Position numbers and translations under genes: made by a program. 64,000 nucleotides of DNA from Balanoglossus misakiensis (Eukaryota > Animalia > Hemichordata), in the NCBI GenBank assembly GCA_040954595.2, contig CM082576.2, positions 6,017,129-6,081,128 on the forward strand, written 5' to 3'. Shown one piece after another: positions 24,601 to 39,600 of the stretch (its first letter is position 1; every line of letters begins with the position of its first letter). Below the pieces are notes generated by a model, which saw nothing but the letters and a program-made list of their open reading frames with translations, had not been told where the DNA came from and searched no databases.

Positions 24601-27600
24601 CCTCAGCATTCATTTTGCCAATGGCTGTAAATATCATAGCAATAATCTGAAATGAAGTGTGAAAAATATCTCAGATCGGAACGTAATGTTACTTTCAAGG
24701 CATTTCTGCTATTGATCAGTTCTGATGAAAACTATAAGCACTTTGTAGTATTCTGCTCTCTGTATTAAATCAGTCTAAAAAAGCTGCATGGTCTTACCTG
24801 TTCAGCGAGCCTTTGGTTGTACCTACACAGACTGAATATCAAGTTACAGGTCTGCCTGATGTTGATTCCATCACGGATTTGTTGGAACAGAAACGGGAAG
24901 CCCTGTTGTATGAAAAGGATAAAGGAAAGATAGACATCAGAAAGAGTAATTCTTCCAGGATTAGAAATGATGTGTTTGATTCATGGGATATTTTGTCTCT
25001 CATACCATACATCTGTTTCCAATCCAACTTACTTACTGGTGAAACCACACACACATACACACACCTCTTTCACACAAACTGTGGTCATACCTTTCCTCCA
25101 GTAAGCAGTGCGTAATCACTCTGTGCCAGCGTCAGTCTCTTCTCTTCCCGCGACGCTTCGACCAACGTCGCGATCAACGCGATCATCTTCTCCAGAGACG
25201 CTGGTCTGTACTTCTCCTCTGACAATGCCACCACATCTTCTTCCTCCTCATCGTCATCCTGGTCGTCGTCGGAAACCACCTCGACCTGATGCATTCGAGA
25301 AAAATATTTGTTAGTTGATACTCTAGCAGTCCAAGTTGCAATGAAAAGTATGCATCAAGTAAAATATGTGCCAGTTGGAAGCCAAATTTCCTTTTGTGAG
25401 AACAGTCACCAGAAAATGTTTTTGTCAGTGGAATATCATTAGCATAGACTATGGAGTGACTAGGTTGTGACAGACAGACAGTTAGATTACTTACATAATC
25501 TGGGGCTTTGGATCCAAGGTAAAAATTAGCCATTATTGTAATTGCTTCTATCGACAGTAAGAAATTGCACTGTGGGTGAAGTGAGATGCAAGTGTCAATG
25601 GCATATATAGTTATACAGTACCACAAACAACATAAAATAGTGTTCCCAATTCTTTGACAAGAATAGTTACTGCCGCCATAGATATACTACAAACTGTTCC
25701 AACTTTCGGCACAACTGCAACAAATCGACTGGAACTGTGACTGGAGATGGACTAACCTCTGGTTCTCCCATCCTTGCAAAATCATACAACAATGAGAAGT
25801 ACTCTGTGAGGTGTTTTATGTGAGGCTTAGCACCATGTTCAATCTGAAAGATAATCGTGATGACAATGACGTCAGTGATGGCAAAGAAACTGACTGAACA
25901 TACATACAGTACATGTATTATATTTATGACCTGAAAAGGTAAGAAAATGGTTATTTGCAATGTAATGACACAGAACAAGGGATGACTACGCGTCGTAATT
26001 TTCACTGAATTCAATGGAGGAAAACGAAATCGTTTGATACAGGATTAAACAACGTGACTGGTGGTAGGTAGGAAAGACTTACTATTGACAGTAATCTCTT
26101 GATAAACCTGGTCACACAGGAAAAATTGCCAATTTCCTCAGGAGGTATTTCCATTTCTTCTTCTCTGTTAACAACAGATAAACAACAGAAATGTTACCCT
26201 TGGAGGCATGTAGGATTTTTGAATCACATTTGACCAACTGTGCAATTTTGACATGCAAACTGGCCTTGCGGTTCATGAAATGTCTACTACGTACAATTAA
26301 AGATTTCCATAAACTTGTCAACATTTCAGAAAGTTAATTTGAGAGGTTATCTTGTTATGATCATCAACAACTGCCAACTTACTCATCAAGCATTGGATGT
26401 AAATATAGAGGGGCGTGTCTGTCTCTCAGTTGCTGCATTACATGCACACACAGTCTCTGGAACATCTGTGAAAATACAAACAACATCAGAAATCAGTTTT
26501 GCTAACACTAAAAGCCTCAAATGACAAGTATAGAGAGTATCATTGGTATATCTGCGGAGGTTCTGAAGAGACAAAAGAATAACCATACCTGTCTGACAAT
26601 CTGGTTTGGACATTTGATGAGGATCTGCATTGGCCAGCAATCATCATTTGCCATGAAGTCTAAGAACCACTGCAAAGAATAGGTGAATAGTCCTTGAAAA
26701 ATGTATCAGTGTCTGAAAGAGCAATTTCTTCATGGCTGATCAGTGATGGCTGAAACAAGGAGATGGACAGCTAAATTTCTTACCTCACAGGCTAGAGCAC
26801 ACGTATTGAAGTGTTTCGTCATCAGTTCAATCCACTGCAACATGGTGGGCTTCTCCTTGGCATGGATCAGAGTCTCCAAAACGAATGTGGTGTTTAACTG
26901 GAAAGTAAACACGAACATGGATCAAAACCTGGCTTAGTGGACAACAGTAATTCAAAACCCAGCTGTATTGGGGCTATTAATACAAAAATACATCAGACTG
27001 TCATGTGGAATGACTGATGTTATAAAGATTAAATTCTGCGACGCAAGCTGAAGTACTGAATCAGGATTTAACCTGTGAATTTCAAATCATTTTCTGGTTA
27101 ATACAACACTCACCTGTGCTGCCATAAGCTGTACTAGATTGGGTTCAGGCAAGGTGGTTGGTATAAAACTGCACATATTCCACATGAAGTTCACATACGC
27201 ATGATCAAAGATGTTCTTGTCTTGTTGGAACTGCATGTTGTCTTTCCAAATCCACTGAAAGAAGACAAAAATAAAAAATCAGAGCTTACAACACATTCAT
27301 GAAAACAAGCTAATATACCGTCAGAGGCTGATACACCGGAAAGTGTTATGATAGTGACCTGACTGCTATTATGAGTACGTCCTTACACAACACTCACCTC
27401 TGCAAGATCTTTGGAGAGTTCAATCTTTGGCACTGCTTTGTTCTTGGCTGCTTCGTCTGTGTCGCAGCGTTCGTAGAACAACATGTACGCACTGTGAGTC
27501 TGTGAAAAATGCAAAAAACACTGGAGTGAAATCACAGGAATCAAGAATGCATTGATTTGTGAGTAACAGCACAGGTTGCTGTGTCAGGCATAATGTTACA

Positions 27601-30600
27601 AAAGAGAATGGTCCGGAATCAATGTTGGACCAGGAATATCATTGATGGTTTGCAACATTTACCAGACTGAAGCTGCCCATTGGAACATGCGACTTACTTT
27701 CTCAAAGGAAAAGTCCATGAACTTGTCTGTTACAGAATCATACGTCTTGGTCTGCAAAACACGAAAGAAAAAAAATTACTTCCATTGTTACTCATCACGG
27801 GCACCATAACATGCAACTTAATTTGTGACAGAATACTACTGTAGAAGTCTTATACACATTTTGAAACCCACTTACTGTCATTTCTCCACCGAAACACTCG
27901 GACGCAATCTGCGTGTGATCGAAAGGCTTGACTTCAGCATCGTTGAACATGTACCACTTGTCCGCCTTGCCTTCTTTGCGATGTATCCGATCTCTGATGA
28001 AACTGTAGTAGTGACCGCCGTCGGCCGTTCCCGTGTGAACCGTGACGCCGATCAAATCATACGTGTACTTGTTACTGTCTTCTGTCATTCTTTCTTCGTC
28101 GCCTGTGGTATGGGCAAGGAACGTGTACAGTTACAGACAGAAATCTTATATGTTATTTCAAAGTGTGGAAACTCAGATGTAGATCACATTGATCGTGGGT
28201 GTGTACAAATGCATATATTGTGGTTGTCAAATCTCATCCCAACTTACCGGTACTTTCTGACATGAGGGCTTCCTCCGTATAGCCGTACATGTCCAGTTTG
28301 AACGGGAACGAGAAATGGGTGTTGACCTTCTCCTTCATCATGGTGATCATGTTGAATGTATACCTCATGGTGTTGAAGGAGAGAATACGTGGCAACGTCT
28401 TGAAGCAGGCCCTGCAGATTAAAACGTTGAAACATTGAGATATCTTCCAACACTATGAACAAGTTCCACAGCCACTGAAAAAGTGCTTCTCAGCTGATCA
28501 TTTTGTACAAGTGCTTAATTAATGCAGTACATTTCTCATGAGAGTCAGAGTGAAAAGTTGAGTGCCAGTCTTTACCACTGGTTGTTGACATGTGCACTGT
28601 AATAAAGTATCCACAATTATCCCCACCACAGAAATCCCTGTCAAGAACATGTACCTTTTCTCTGCCCTGACTTTCTTGCCGCACTGTGAACATGTGTACA
28701 TGTTGTCGCCTTCCAGTGTGTCTTTCACTGTGACTTCATCCAGCGATTCCTGCAAAAACCGATCAAACAGACCGTGTTTTTGCATATTATCAAAACTCAA
28801 AAAAGTACAGAGAGTAAAAACACCCAGGGAAATGGGCACTGTACAACAAAATGTGTGACTTTGCTTATTGCCTATTATTTTACATGTGCTCTCATTAATC
28901 AAGTATGCACTGCAACATAGTACTAAGGATATACATCACAACAAACAGAAGCATTGCCACTTACATGTAGATTCTTCATATCAGCAACCTGACATCTGAC
29001 AGTGTAGAATTCTTCCAAAGTACGACTGACGTGTGGACAATCCTGATGGCAAAGAATAGTTATGTGATTAATTCCATGGATTACAGTTTTGCGTATTATC
29101 CATAATTGACACCTTGATTTACTTTTCTACAGAGAAGACCACTTACCAGGGACACTACGTTGTTGGTGATAACTCCATGGAAGAGACTCCTCACAACATC
29201 TTTCTGTGATTGCAAACACAAAATAAAGTATTATTAACTCTCAGATGAGCTTACACTATGAACTGAAAAGCTGTGCATTCTGTAAAAATCCATACTTTTC
29301 AATGATAAGGATGGAGTAGAGTGAGATGGAATATTCAATTTAAGGAAAAGTTCACCACTCACCAATGCTGGGGACATTTCCTCCATTTTGCTGATCAAAT
29401 CAGTGAAGAACTCCGTCATGTCTTTCTGTTCACCCGTGTTCAGCGGCTGCTTGTCCATGATGTAAACTTTACAGAAACTCCTGGGGTTGTACGCTTTATG
29501 TTCACTCTCTTGTAAATACGCAAACATTTTCTGAAGCTCTCGCAGGATGCCGTGGTGTTTCATTTCTGGACCAGAAATCTATCGGAGTGAAGGAGCAAAA
29601 AATTATATACTAGGTGTACTTCACTGTCTTCATGCAGAAGTGATCCTGTTTATATAAGGCATCTGTATTAAAACGGAATCCTTCCATACATTGAAAGAAC
29701 TCTGGTCTATTTTGGTGTATGGTTTAAACAAGTTTTAATTTCTGGCATTTAGACAGCGTTTACAGAAAAGAATAAAGATTATCCTAGAGATAACGACATC
29801 TGGAATAATATGACTTTACACACGGCAGAATAATATCCTTGACATACCCTGGAGTTGAGGATGGCTGCCCTGGCCTCTGGCATCATATAAAGCTGTTGTA
29901 CACACGAAGCCATGTAGCACGTCGCACCAAGATTAGTAAGCCCAACAAAGCCACACGGTGCTCTGCCATCATCCGACGGCCAGTAATTCCATGGATACTG
30001 TGGATGTTTTCCTGCAGAGCAAATCATATGGATATGGTGAAGAAAACGTTTCTGTCATGCTACGAAGGTTTATATGCATGTTGTACAGTGCATCATCTAG
30101 GCTGCGTGAATCGAGAGTTTTTGAACGTTATGCGCAGCCAACAAAAGTTCAAGGAGCCGTGTAGTAAGCAGAAATCACACAAGGCAAGTAGTCCAGTGAT
30201 ACACGCTTACAGAAAGTAGCCATATGTTGCTCCCTGCAATACATTCTCAAATTCGTACACATGGTTAAGCATATTTCTATGCTTCCAATGGGGTTAAAGG
30301 AATTTTGAAAATGGCAAGCATGCCAAGTCCCTACCTTTCCGATATCGACTCGACCAGAGTGCTTTTACTTCTGTTTTCGCTTGATATAGTTGGTCAGCTA
30401 AAATAAAATGAAGACTTACACTAGACGCATTTTTCAAAAGCATACAAGAGTTTTTGCGACAGTAACAGTGCAACTCAAGTCCAAGTAAAAAATTATTGCA
30501 AGGGGGAAAATTCCCCCACCCCCAACTACAGCATCCTAGATGAAACACTGTATTGTATGCAAAAAAACACAAGACCTATAAATGAATCATGTGTATATTC

Positions 30601-33600
30601 CAGGAGTAAAGAACACTGTTTTAGATTAATCCAGCAAACATAATTGTTAGTCCCCACGGACAAAATTTGCGGGAACTTACAACTGAGAACAACAAAATCA
30701 CTGAACCATTCTCACCTGGTGTATGTTGACGCAACATCTTGCTGTGCAGCAGCTTGTAGTTTTCGTTGCTTCCCTTGACCAGCTCAGCCATGAGGTCATA
30801 GGCCGCGGCTCGACTGGCCCTGGATTTACACTTGGGCAGATATCTGGTCTCCATGGTCGGAAGCGCAAACAGGATGTTGAAGATTTCCTCCAGGAATTCC
30901 TTAGGAAAGTGATGGAAAATTTTGTGGTAATGACTTGCCCGTATCAGACATGAAAGGAAACTCTGAACTGCATCTGTGGGGAGATCTATGAAACCGAGAC
31001 TCTACTAATGCTATGAATGTACAGTACAACTATACACGGTGGTTTTCTCATTAGGATTTTATCTTACCTGTCCTTCCTTGCTGAATTTCAGAGGAGGATC
31101 GTGGGAGACCACGGCTGAACACAACTTCAGCAGACCTGTCAAGGCTACATCTTCCATGGTGTTGTGGCGCTGCTCAAGGATCTCACGGCTGATGAAGAGA
31201 AAGATGATGATGAAAGTTACAAAGCGGGCTCCAGCATCATGAATGCCATACGGCTGATAGAATACATGTTTACAAGCACATACTAACCTTCTGATGCACT
31301 CTGCCAGATGCTTGGCCATGTTATCCAGTTCCTCCATCCGTTGCAACTGCTGTTTTTCATCCGGCTCCACTTCATCCAAACTTGCGATGTTGTCAACCAG
31401 CAGACACAAAAGTCGGAAGTAGTTCTTACACCCAGGGTTGTACTCTTCCACCTCGTCATGATCACCAGCCTGGCAATGCCAAAAAAATATAAGAAGCAAA
31501 AGTGAGTTGTTGTCAAATCTTCACATGGGTATTAACTCGCTTGCATTTTACCTTGAGTTTATCATCACTAGAGTAAAGACTAAAATTTGTTGTCTTTAAT
31601 GCCGTTGACGATCTCAAATTGAAGGAAATTTTACAGCATGACTAAAAATAACCCGTGATCACAACTCCCCAGTATTCTCCTCTTTTTTTCAACAAGGTCA
31701 AGGGCAAGTTGATTACCTGTTTGAGCGGCGGTCTGAAACTCTGGGCAGCGGACAGAAAACTAAGTAGACTTGACAGCAGGGAATGTGAAAATTGCCTGCT
31801 GGTCTGACTGCTTCCCATACACAGTCTGTAGAGTCCTTCACAGGCCTCGCGTCTCACTAGCACCTGCAATGTATACAAACAAGTCTTAGAGATTCAAACT
31901 GCAATGTGAAATTGCTGCTGTACAAAGTCAGATATAAAGGGACCAGTCCATGTTATTTCACACAATGAATGAGTTTATGATGTGCGATGTGACCTGTTGA
32001 CCTTACCTCGGGTGAATCAAGCACAAGTCTCCGTAACCAGACGTCGAAGTTATCAGTATTGCACAGTTCCAGTTTCACTTCAGGCTCCGTGTTAGCCCAG
32101 GATACAAGCAGTAAGAGGGAGTATCTGACAACTGCAAATGACAGCACAACAAGGAAACCCAGCATTAGGAAAATATGGTGAATTTTGGCTGGGTATATGC
32201 CATCAAGATGTGATCCACAAACATTATCTTGTGAAGTACGCACAAAAAATGTTTTTTAATATAATTAATAGACCACCACCTCATGACTAAAAACTGCAAA
32301 AGTGACTGATAAGCATGCTTGGAATGTAAAGCTCCCCAAAACTCTCACGTCTCTGGGAAACAAAATCCTGCTCACCTTCTACAGCGAACAAATCTACATG
32401 TATGTCTTGAAACGGCAGATGATACAGAGCTATAATGAAAATGGTCAGATGAACAACAATGTCAGATATGATCTATGAAATGTCGGAGCATCTTGGTTGT
32501 GATCTGCGTGAAGCATTTAACGTTAAGATGCCTGGCAAGTATTTACAAAATGCTATGGATGGGAGAGCAAAATCAGGGGCATGTAGGTGATTATTATTGA
32601 GCTTTGAACGGCGTTGGGCCAAAAGTGGAACTTAACAATGATAAGCAGATGTGAATGGTGGACAAACCCGGATAGGCTATAAGTTGAGATGGACAAAAGT
32701 TGACTAGCCTGATTTGTTGGTTACCAAATTTGTTGGTAAATTTAAATTGTTTACAAAGCTGTGGCAAACTGACTGTGAACAAACACATCATTGTGACTAC
32801 ACGTATTTGTGAATTGCGATTGCACATTCACAAGAGACTTATAGAACATGGAACAGTATCAGTTACTGCAGTTGTCTGTGCAGTGGCCAGAATGATGGCG
32901 AGTGAGTCTGCATTCTATCACAATTAGATTTGCCACAGCTCTGTTCAGTTGTTACAGAGTTCCCAAAACTCACCATCCGCTCGGCTGCGACATCCTACGT
33001 GGTAGTGTTGCAGCTGTCGTGGTGCTGAAGCATCGTAAATGACACTCATGAGTCTGGTCAGAGAACCATCCTCATTCAACAACTCAAGCATATTCTGAAA
33101 TGGCAAAAAAACTCTAGTTGAGCTTCTTTGTATAAACCTTGTCACTTGGGCAAGGGACTTTTCGGTTGTCTTGCAAACACTACAGCTATGCTCTGTTTAT
33201 TTGAAAAGTGACCCTGCATCCAGACTGATAACACATCAACATAAGGTGATTACTAAGTGTAGCCATCAATGACGTAATAACATCAGACATGGGTCTGAAA
33301 ATTGGCAACACCACTCCTACCTTACTGACTCGCACGGCAACCCTGAGATATGGATCAGCAGTCCGGTACTTTTCCTTCCTGGGTTTCTTGCTTGGTGATT
33401 CGAAGTCAGTGCCCTGTGGTGATTCAAAGACATCGTCCTGATTGTCAGAGTCATTACTCGCCCTATCTACACCAAACTGGTACATCAGCTTCAGCAGGCA
33501 AGCTAGGCAGTCCTGTTGCCACTGAAATCAATGGTGAAAATCAAAATTAGTGTGTGTCGTATATATGAATATGAAAAGCCTGAAATTTTAACTCATGCTG

Positions 33601-36600
33601 GTGCTGACAAGACTGTGTGTTAAACAGCCACAGATATATGTATATTCTTTCTTACATGCTCACTCAAATGTATTTGTACTGCTATGACATAGTGTACGTA
33701 TTCCATAGAACAATGCAAAGCCTATGTGCAGCACTCTCTTCTGAAGTAAGTCTTCAGTAGCAGACAAGACTGTGCCTACCACATCCTAAACAAATGCAGC
33801 TTAAACTACTGCCTGAGCTCATCACACTCATCACCTACCTCATCCCACTCCTGTTCAGCCGACACTTGAAGATTTCCCGACATGAAGATATTGAATAAAT
33901 GTTTCATTGCACCATGACTGATGAACTGAAAAGACAAGGCGGTTGGTTTGAATGTCAGTTTTCTCTCATCAAAGGAAACCAAAGAGATAGTGACAATAAC
34001 CCTGATTTCACTTTCTGAAGAAACAGTCAAGTTCTCGTCTTTCCCTTGCTCTGTGGTGGTTCAAATATGGAATAGACGTCAAATGACATTTTTATTTGGA
34101 TATTTGCTGAAACGTGAATCCAAAGGGTGACACTGTATACTTGAGTACAACTTACAGTTTCCATCCAAGCAGTTGCATCTTCATACCCGGCTTCTGTGTC
34201 TATCCTGCTGGAGTAGGCCTCCCCGTACGGACCCTGAAAGGACAGCAGTGAACACTTCAACAAAATGCAATGAATAAAATGCTATTGATTGACCCAGAAT
34301 CACAATATGCAATATACATTGGTGTTTTCTTGTACACAATGACTTTATTTTCTAGTTTCACTTCAGTATGGAGTTCCTAAAAAAAACTCACTTTGTCAAG
34401 AAGTCCAAACTCTGGTCTGCTGACGATCCCTGCATCGCCACCTCCCACACTAGCCTAGAAACGAAGATTACCAAATATACATGACAAGCACGATTAACAA
34501 TCCAATATCAACGTAGAAAAGACGATGAAAGTTTGTTCAAAGTTTTACTCCGGCCAACGCGACAGTATGCAATGATTTGCATGCACCATCCAAGACTCTC
34601 TTGAGACATATTGCTACATAGACTGTCGTCAGAACTGCTTTCTGATATTTGGACCTAGAAAAAATTGAATCATCCACAACACACTGAGGAGACTGTGGAC
34701 GGACGGTGACAACACACAAACTATGGCAACACAAACATGAGCTTCATAAGGGGCGAAAAAGACTTTTTCTGACTTACCAAAGACTTGGTCCTTTTTCTGT
34801 GTGGGTTGGTCAGTGCTTCTAGGATTTGCAACGAGTAGAGTAACTGTTGTGGATTCTCTTCATTCAGCAATTCACTCCAGTCAGCTGATGAGTTCTCGCT
34901 CTTCTCTTCACTCTCACTTTTACAACTCTACGTAACAAATATAAAAGAAATAATCATCAAGGTTAAAACCAACACACATGTCCTCTAAATCCTCTAAACT
35001 TCCAACAGTGGCATAAACATGACAACTTATTTCAGGTGACTATTCATTGAGATTTCACTTCTTTTCACCTACTGCTTTCATTTGCATGAAAACAAATAAA
35101 TTTCTAAATAGTGTTGGGAAACTACAGAAATGACAGACATGTGGTAAGACTTGATAGTAAGAAAGAGGCAGAAGAAACTTGACTTGCCATCAGAGATTGA
35201 AATTTTCCCAGTTTATCAGGACTTGTTGGCAAGAGCATCAGCAGTTCCCACACTCTCCTTGATAGCAGCCTGGCTTCCTTTCGGTTCATCTGTTAGAAAA
35301 GAAAGGGTTAATGGTGACTCATCTATGATTGGTTGACGTAAATCAAATCCGAATGAGACTACACGTAAAAATCACACAAAGTTGGCAATGTTTGACATCA
35401 CACACTTTACCTGGGTGATATTGACGTTACTGCCGTGGTTGTTGAGTTGTTGCAGCAGACGGAAGATGCTGCTGAAGTTCGGTTCGTGAAGAAGAATCAT
35501 CATGGGGAGCTTTTCGCGGGGTGGTGGTGGCATACATGACGCGGGTAACTGAACTCCTTCACGTTTACGATCTCTTCGTACATTGCCAAACGACACAAAC
35601 ACAAGCTGTTAAATGAGAGGAAATAACACAAATGGTAATTGTTCACGCTACCTGACACTGTAAGCAAATCAGATGTGAAGAAATTAGAAATGAATAATAC
35701 TTGTCTTTCTGTCAAAACACAGCATCAATAACATTACCAAAAAGATGGGTTATTTGCAAACTAAGTCGCACTGTTTTTTGCAAAGACCACTTCCTGAATA
35801 AAATGCTAGAAATTACAAAATTTTAACAATAATGCTCAAGAAGGCACAACTTGAATATCTGGAAAGAAAATGAACCTCACCTGCATATCCTTGAATCCCA
35901 TTTCGGTCAACGACCTCTCGTCAATATCCGGGGTCAGCTCGTGACCCAGGGATATCATTCTGACCGGTCCCTGGCCGGGGATGCCCCCAACAGGCTGTGC
36001 CAACAACTGAGGCACCACCCCTCCGAGTGAAGTACTGACCCTCCGGCCACCGCCCTCCTGCTCTTTGTCGCCTTTCTTCTCTTCGTGCTGTTGGTGGGTC
36101 ACCTCGCACCAGTGAGTGACCTCTGCCCTCAGGTCGGCCACAAGGTCATTGCAGCTCATTTCAATTGTCAACTGTAGGAGACAAATCATTCACAGTTCCA
36201 TCATCAACCAGGTGACTTCACAACAAAGCACAAAAGGTAACAATATGCAAGGATAAGGATTCTGACAGCAGCTAACAAGCAAGGAAAGCATCTGGAATGA
36301 TCATATGAGATGACAACGTTTGAAAGCTCACCTTGTCAGACATACCAGCCATCTGACACACTACTCTCATGGTAGCTACATTCCCAGTCAAGTTCTGTTG
36401 ATGACTGGCTATCCCTCTATCCTGTAACTGCCAAAGACGAAGGTGATATGCATATCTATCAGAAGTAAACAAAAAAATCATGTTAAGTTTAATAAGGTCT
36501 ACTGCATGAACAAAGGGTATCCTGATTCTGGGCATAGATGGCAGTCTTTACCACAACTGCTCAGGGTAGACAAAACGATTTTCAAGTTAGCACCCACTAC

Positions 36601-39600
36601 ACACCTGTAGAGGACCCCCAAATGACAAAGCGTAATATTCACTGACCTTTTCCGGAATGTTTCAAGGTGTGTTTTCAGTAAGAGCAACCCTCTCTGAATG
36701 ATAAGTAGACACGAATCCTCAGCAGCTTCAAGATCTTGCGAGGCACCCACCAAATTATTCATACAGTTGTGTACAAACTCTTCCTCTTTCTCAAGGCTTC
36801 CATTGCCAGCTGTGAATTCACATCAATTTATTTTCAAAGGTCATCAGAATGTAATTGCAAAACATACTAGTACATCAATAAACCCCCAATCTGGTGCCAA
36901 AGTTGAATACTGAGTTGACAGAAAACTCCCATTACAACCAAGGTTAAAAAAGACAGATATACCTTCAATGTAGAATGAATTGATGTACTGAACTGCAGAC
37001 ATACTGACATCTGTGTCTTGAGCCCTCAACGCAATGCTCCACAGTTGATCCATACCAGACATCTAATACCGTAATGGTAAAAACAAACGGAAAATGACCC
37101 CTTATTCATGGCAAGGCAAAACAAAAGCACCAAATACTTTTCTTCATTGACAGCGAAGGATGCCACACTGGTCGAATGACATGAAAAAAATACTGTCAAA
37201 GGTTAACACTGAGATCTCAATTGTCTATACGAGGGAGTCTCTATACTTACATCAGTACTGGTGCCATCGTAGGACGAGTTGGCGATCCTGGCAAGGTTAC
37301 ACAACTGATGGAACAGATTCAGTCCGGTCATACTGATGGTCTCTGGATTCAACTTTGGCATCTGTTGGTGAACAAAAAAAACAGCTCATCAGTGTGGAAT
37401 CATTTCTGCAGAAACTGTCATATATATGAACAATAGCATTCACGTTGAAGAAAATGACATACCACATGTATAACTATATCATATAATCTGCCAACACCAA
37501 ACTTCAGGTTCCTATCATATCTGAAGTCCAATCTCACCTTCTCATAAAAGATATGTTTGAATGTTTCCAGTCCCATGGCATGCTGGTCCTTGTTCCTGGC
37601 TTGATTCAGAAACCAGTTGAGGGCCTCGTCACTGCATTCTGAGTCTGTCACCAGACATGACCACAATGTATCCACCTGTTCCATCGTTAACCCTGTCAAG
37701 GTTGACAGCACAAAAACAATGTCAGAGATCAAGGACATGAGATGATATGATATGATGGCTAAACTTCCACTTCCAGACGCTGAACATGGTGTAGAGTCCA
37801 ACTGTAGTTGTCTGACAGGCCCAGAAGTGCCCATTTAATGAGAAAATACTTACTGAAATCATCTGGTGAACCAAGGGTTGAAAATACGCAGGTTAAAAAC
37901 TGTAACCTTGCTTGCACTTCAATAGTGTGTGTGTACCTGAAAGGAAAAAAAACAAGTCACACTATATGCCATCCAGCTTTTGTGTCAGATTGACATTCAT
38001 GTCAATCACTCCTTGAAAGCTGAAAATCTTGTCTGAAGAATCAAATTCCAGACCATATCTAACCATTATCACCATCTCCGATCTTCTAAGACAGACAAGA
38101 TTTATTTATCACAAAAGTGATACATTTGATATGAAATTAAGTGTGTCCAAGATCTCCAATATGTACTTACAATTCTGTGTCATAATTTAACCGTCTTCTA
38201 GTCTCAGTGTAAAACACAAGGTTATTGAAGAAATGTTCCATCATATAGAGCTCTTTATCCGCCCAGCTGTGAACAGAAATTGTCATAATTTTAATAGAAG
38301 TCAAACTGCTTTCTAACGGGCGAACCTGCCATTCTTTCATTTGCGGGATTCAACAATTTATTGGAGTAACCCCCCCCCCCCCCCCCCCCATTATCAGCTT
38401 GTCTGTATCTTGACTACTTACATGGTGATCCAGTGTGTGTCATAGGTATTTCTGTACTGTTGAAACGAACCAAAGAGTTTGGGCAGCAGACGCAGACAAA
38501 CTACCACCGACCTGAAGCACAAAGCAAGAAATTTTTAATTTGTTGTGCCAGTTTCAATAAAAAGTAATACAGAATGAATTTTCCATGTTTGCAAAACCTA
38601 ATTATCAGATAACAAGATCTTGGCCCTTGCGTATGATAACTCTCTCTGTCACTATAACTTACATTTTTACGAACAAGAACTCAAATCTTTCAATTTACCT
38701 ATTATTTGCCACGTTGTCTAAACACCCCTCTATGAATTTCATTCTAATCTTCCTATCTGTAAACCAGCACACCAATTGACAAAGAAGTTTCTCTGCTTCT
38801 GACGCCAGACCTTCACCAAGCAGCGACTGCAAAAAGAGAACACAAATCATTGTCGGTGACATACCAGTAGTTTCCACTGGATCAATAAAATTAAGAAAAC
38901 CTGGAGGATATCATGGTGGAATGAACTGGCGTGAGGCATGGCCGGAATATGGCGCTGAAAATTATTCTAACAAAGTATTAACTGGTACATCACATTCGAG
39001 AGTATCACACACAAAAAAAGAATTTATCCAATATGTGAGAACTTACAGCATTTTCATCTTGGACCAAGTCCCACAGTAGCGTGTTGCCTTTTTTACACAC
39101 ATCTTCAAAGTCAAAATCATAATGCTGCAAAGTCTGCTGCTGCTCCTGAGGCGACTTGTGTTCTGGTAAACCTACAAAGATTGGATAACAATAAGTTGAG
39201 TATTGCAGTAAGTACAGCCACACTGCAATATGAACATCACTACAACAACCGACCAAGCATCCTGTGCTTACCTTGTGATCGCCTGTACATGGCCACCTTG
39301 GCTAACTGATGCTGCACCTGGGAGGTCAACTGCGCCCTCTGGTGGGCACTCAGCTGCGCCAACTCTTCCTCGCACAGCGACTCTTCTCCGTCAAAGTCGG
39401 CCATGTTTTTCTCTGACTTGGCACTGGCTTGAGAGCTGCTGCAGCTGATGTCTTCAGTACTGAGAACCTCGTCCATTAAATTACTGTATATATACACACA
39501 CATAGACAAAAATAATGAACAGATTACATGACAGCTCTTTTTCCCAGGTTCAGAGAGACCCTGTCAACCAATGCACGTTATGTAAAATTAAATTGGAAAT

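Noticed and set aside
30098-30215. Two small hairpins with an ANANNA-like hinge in a USP34 intron
   Set aside because: The boxes are on the strand antisense to the host gene and the stems are short; probably chance.
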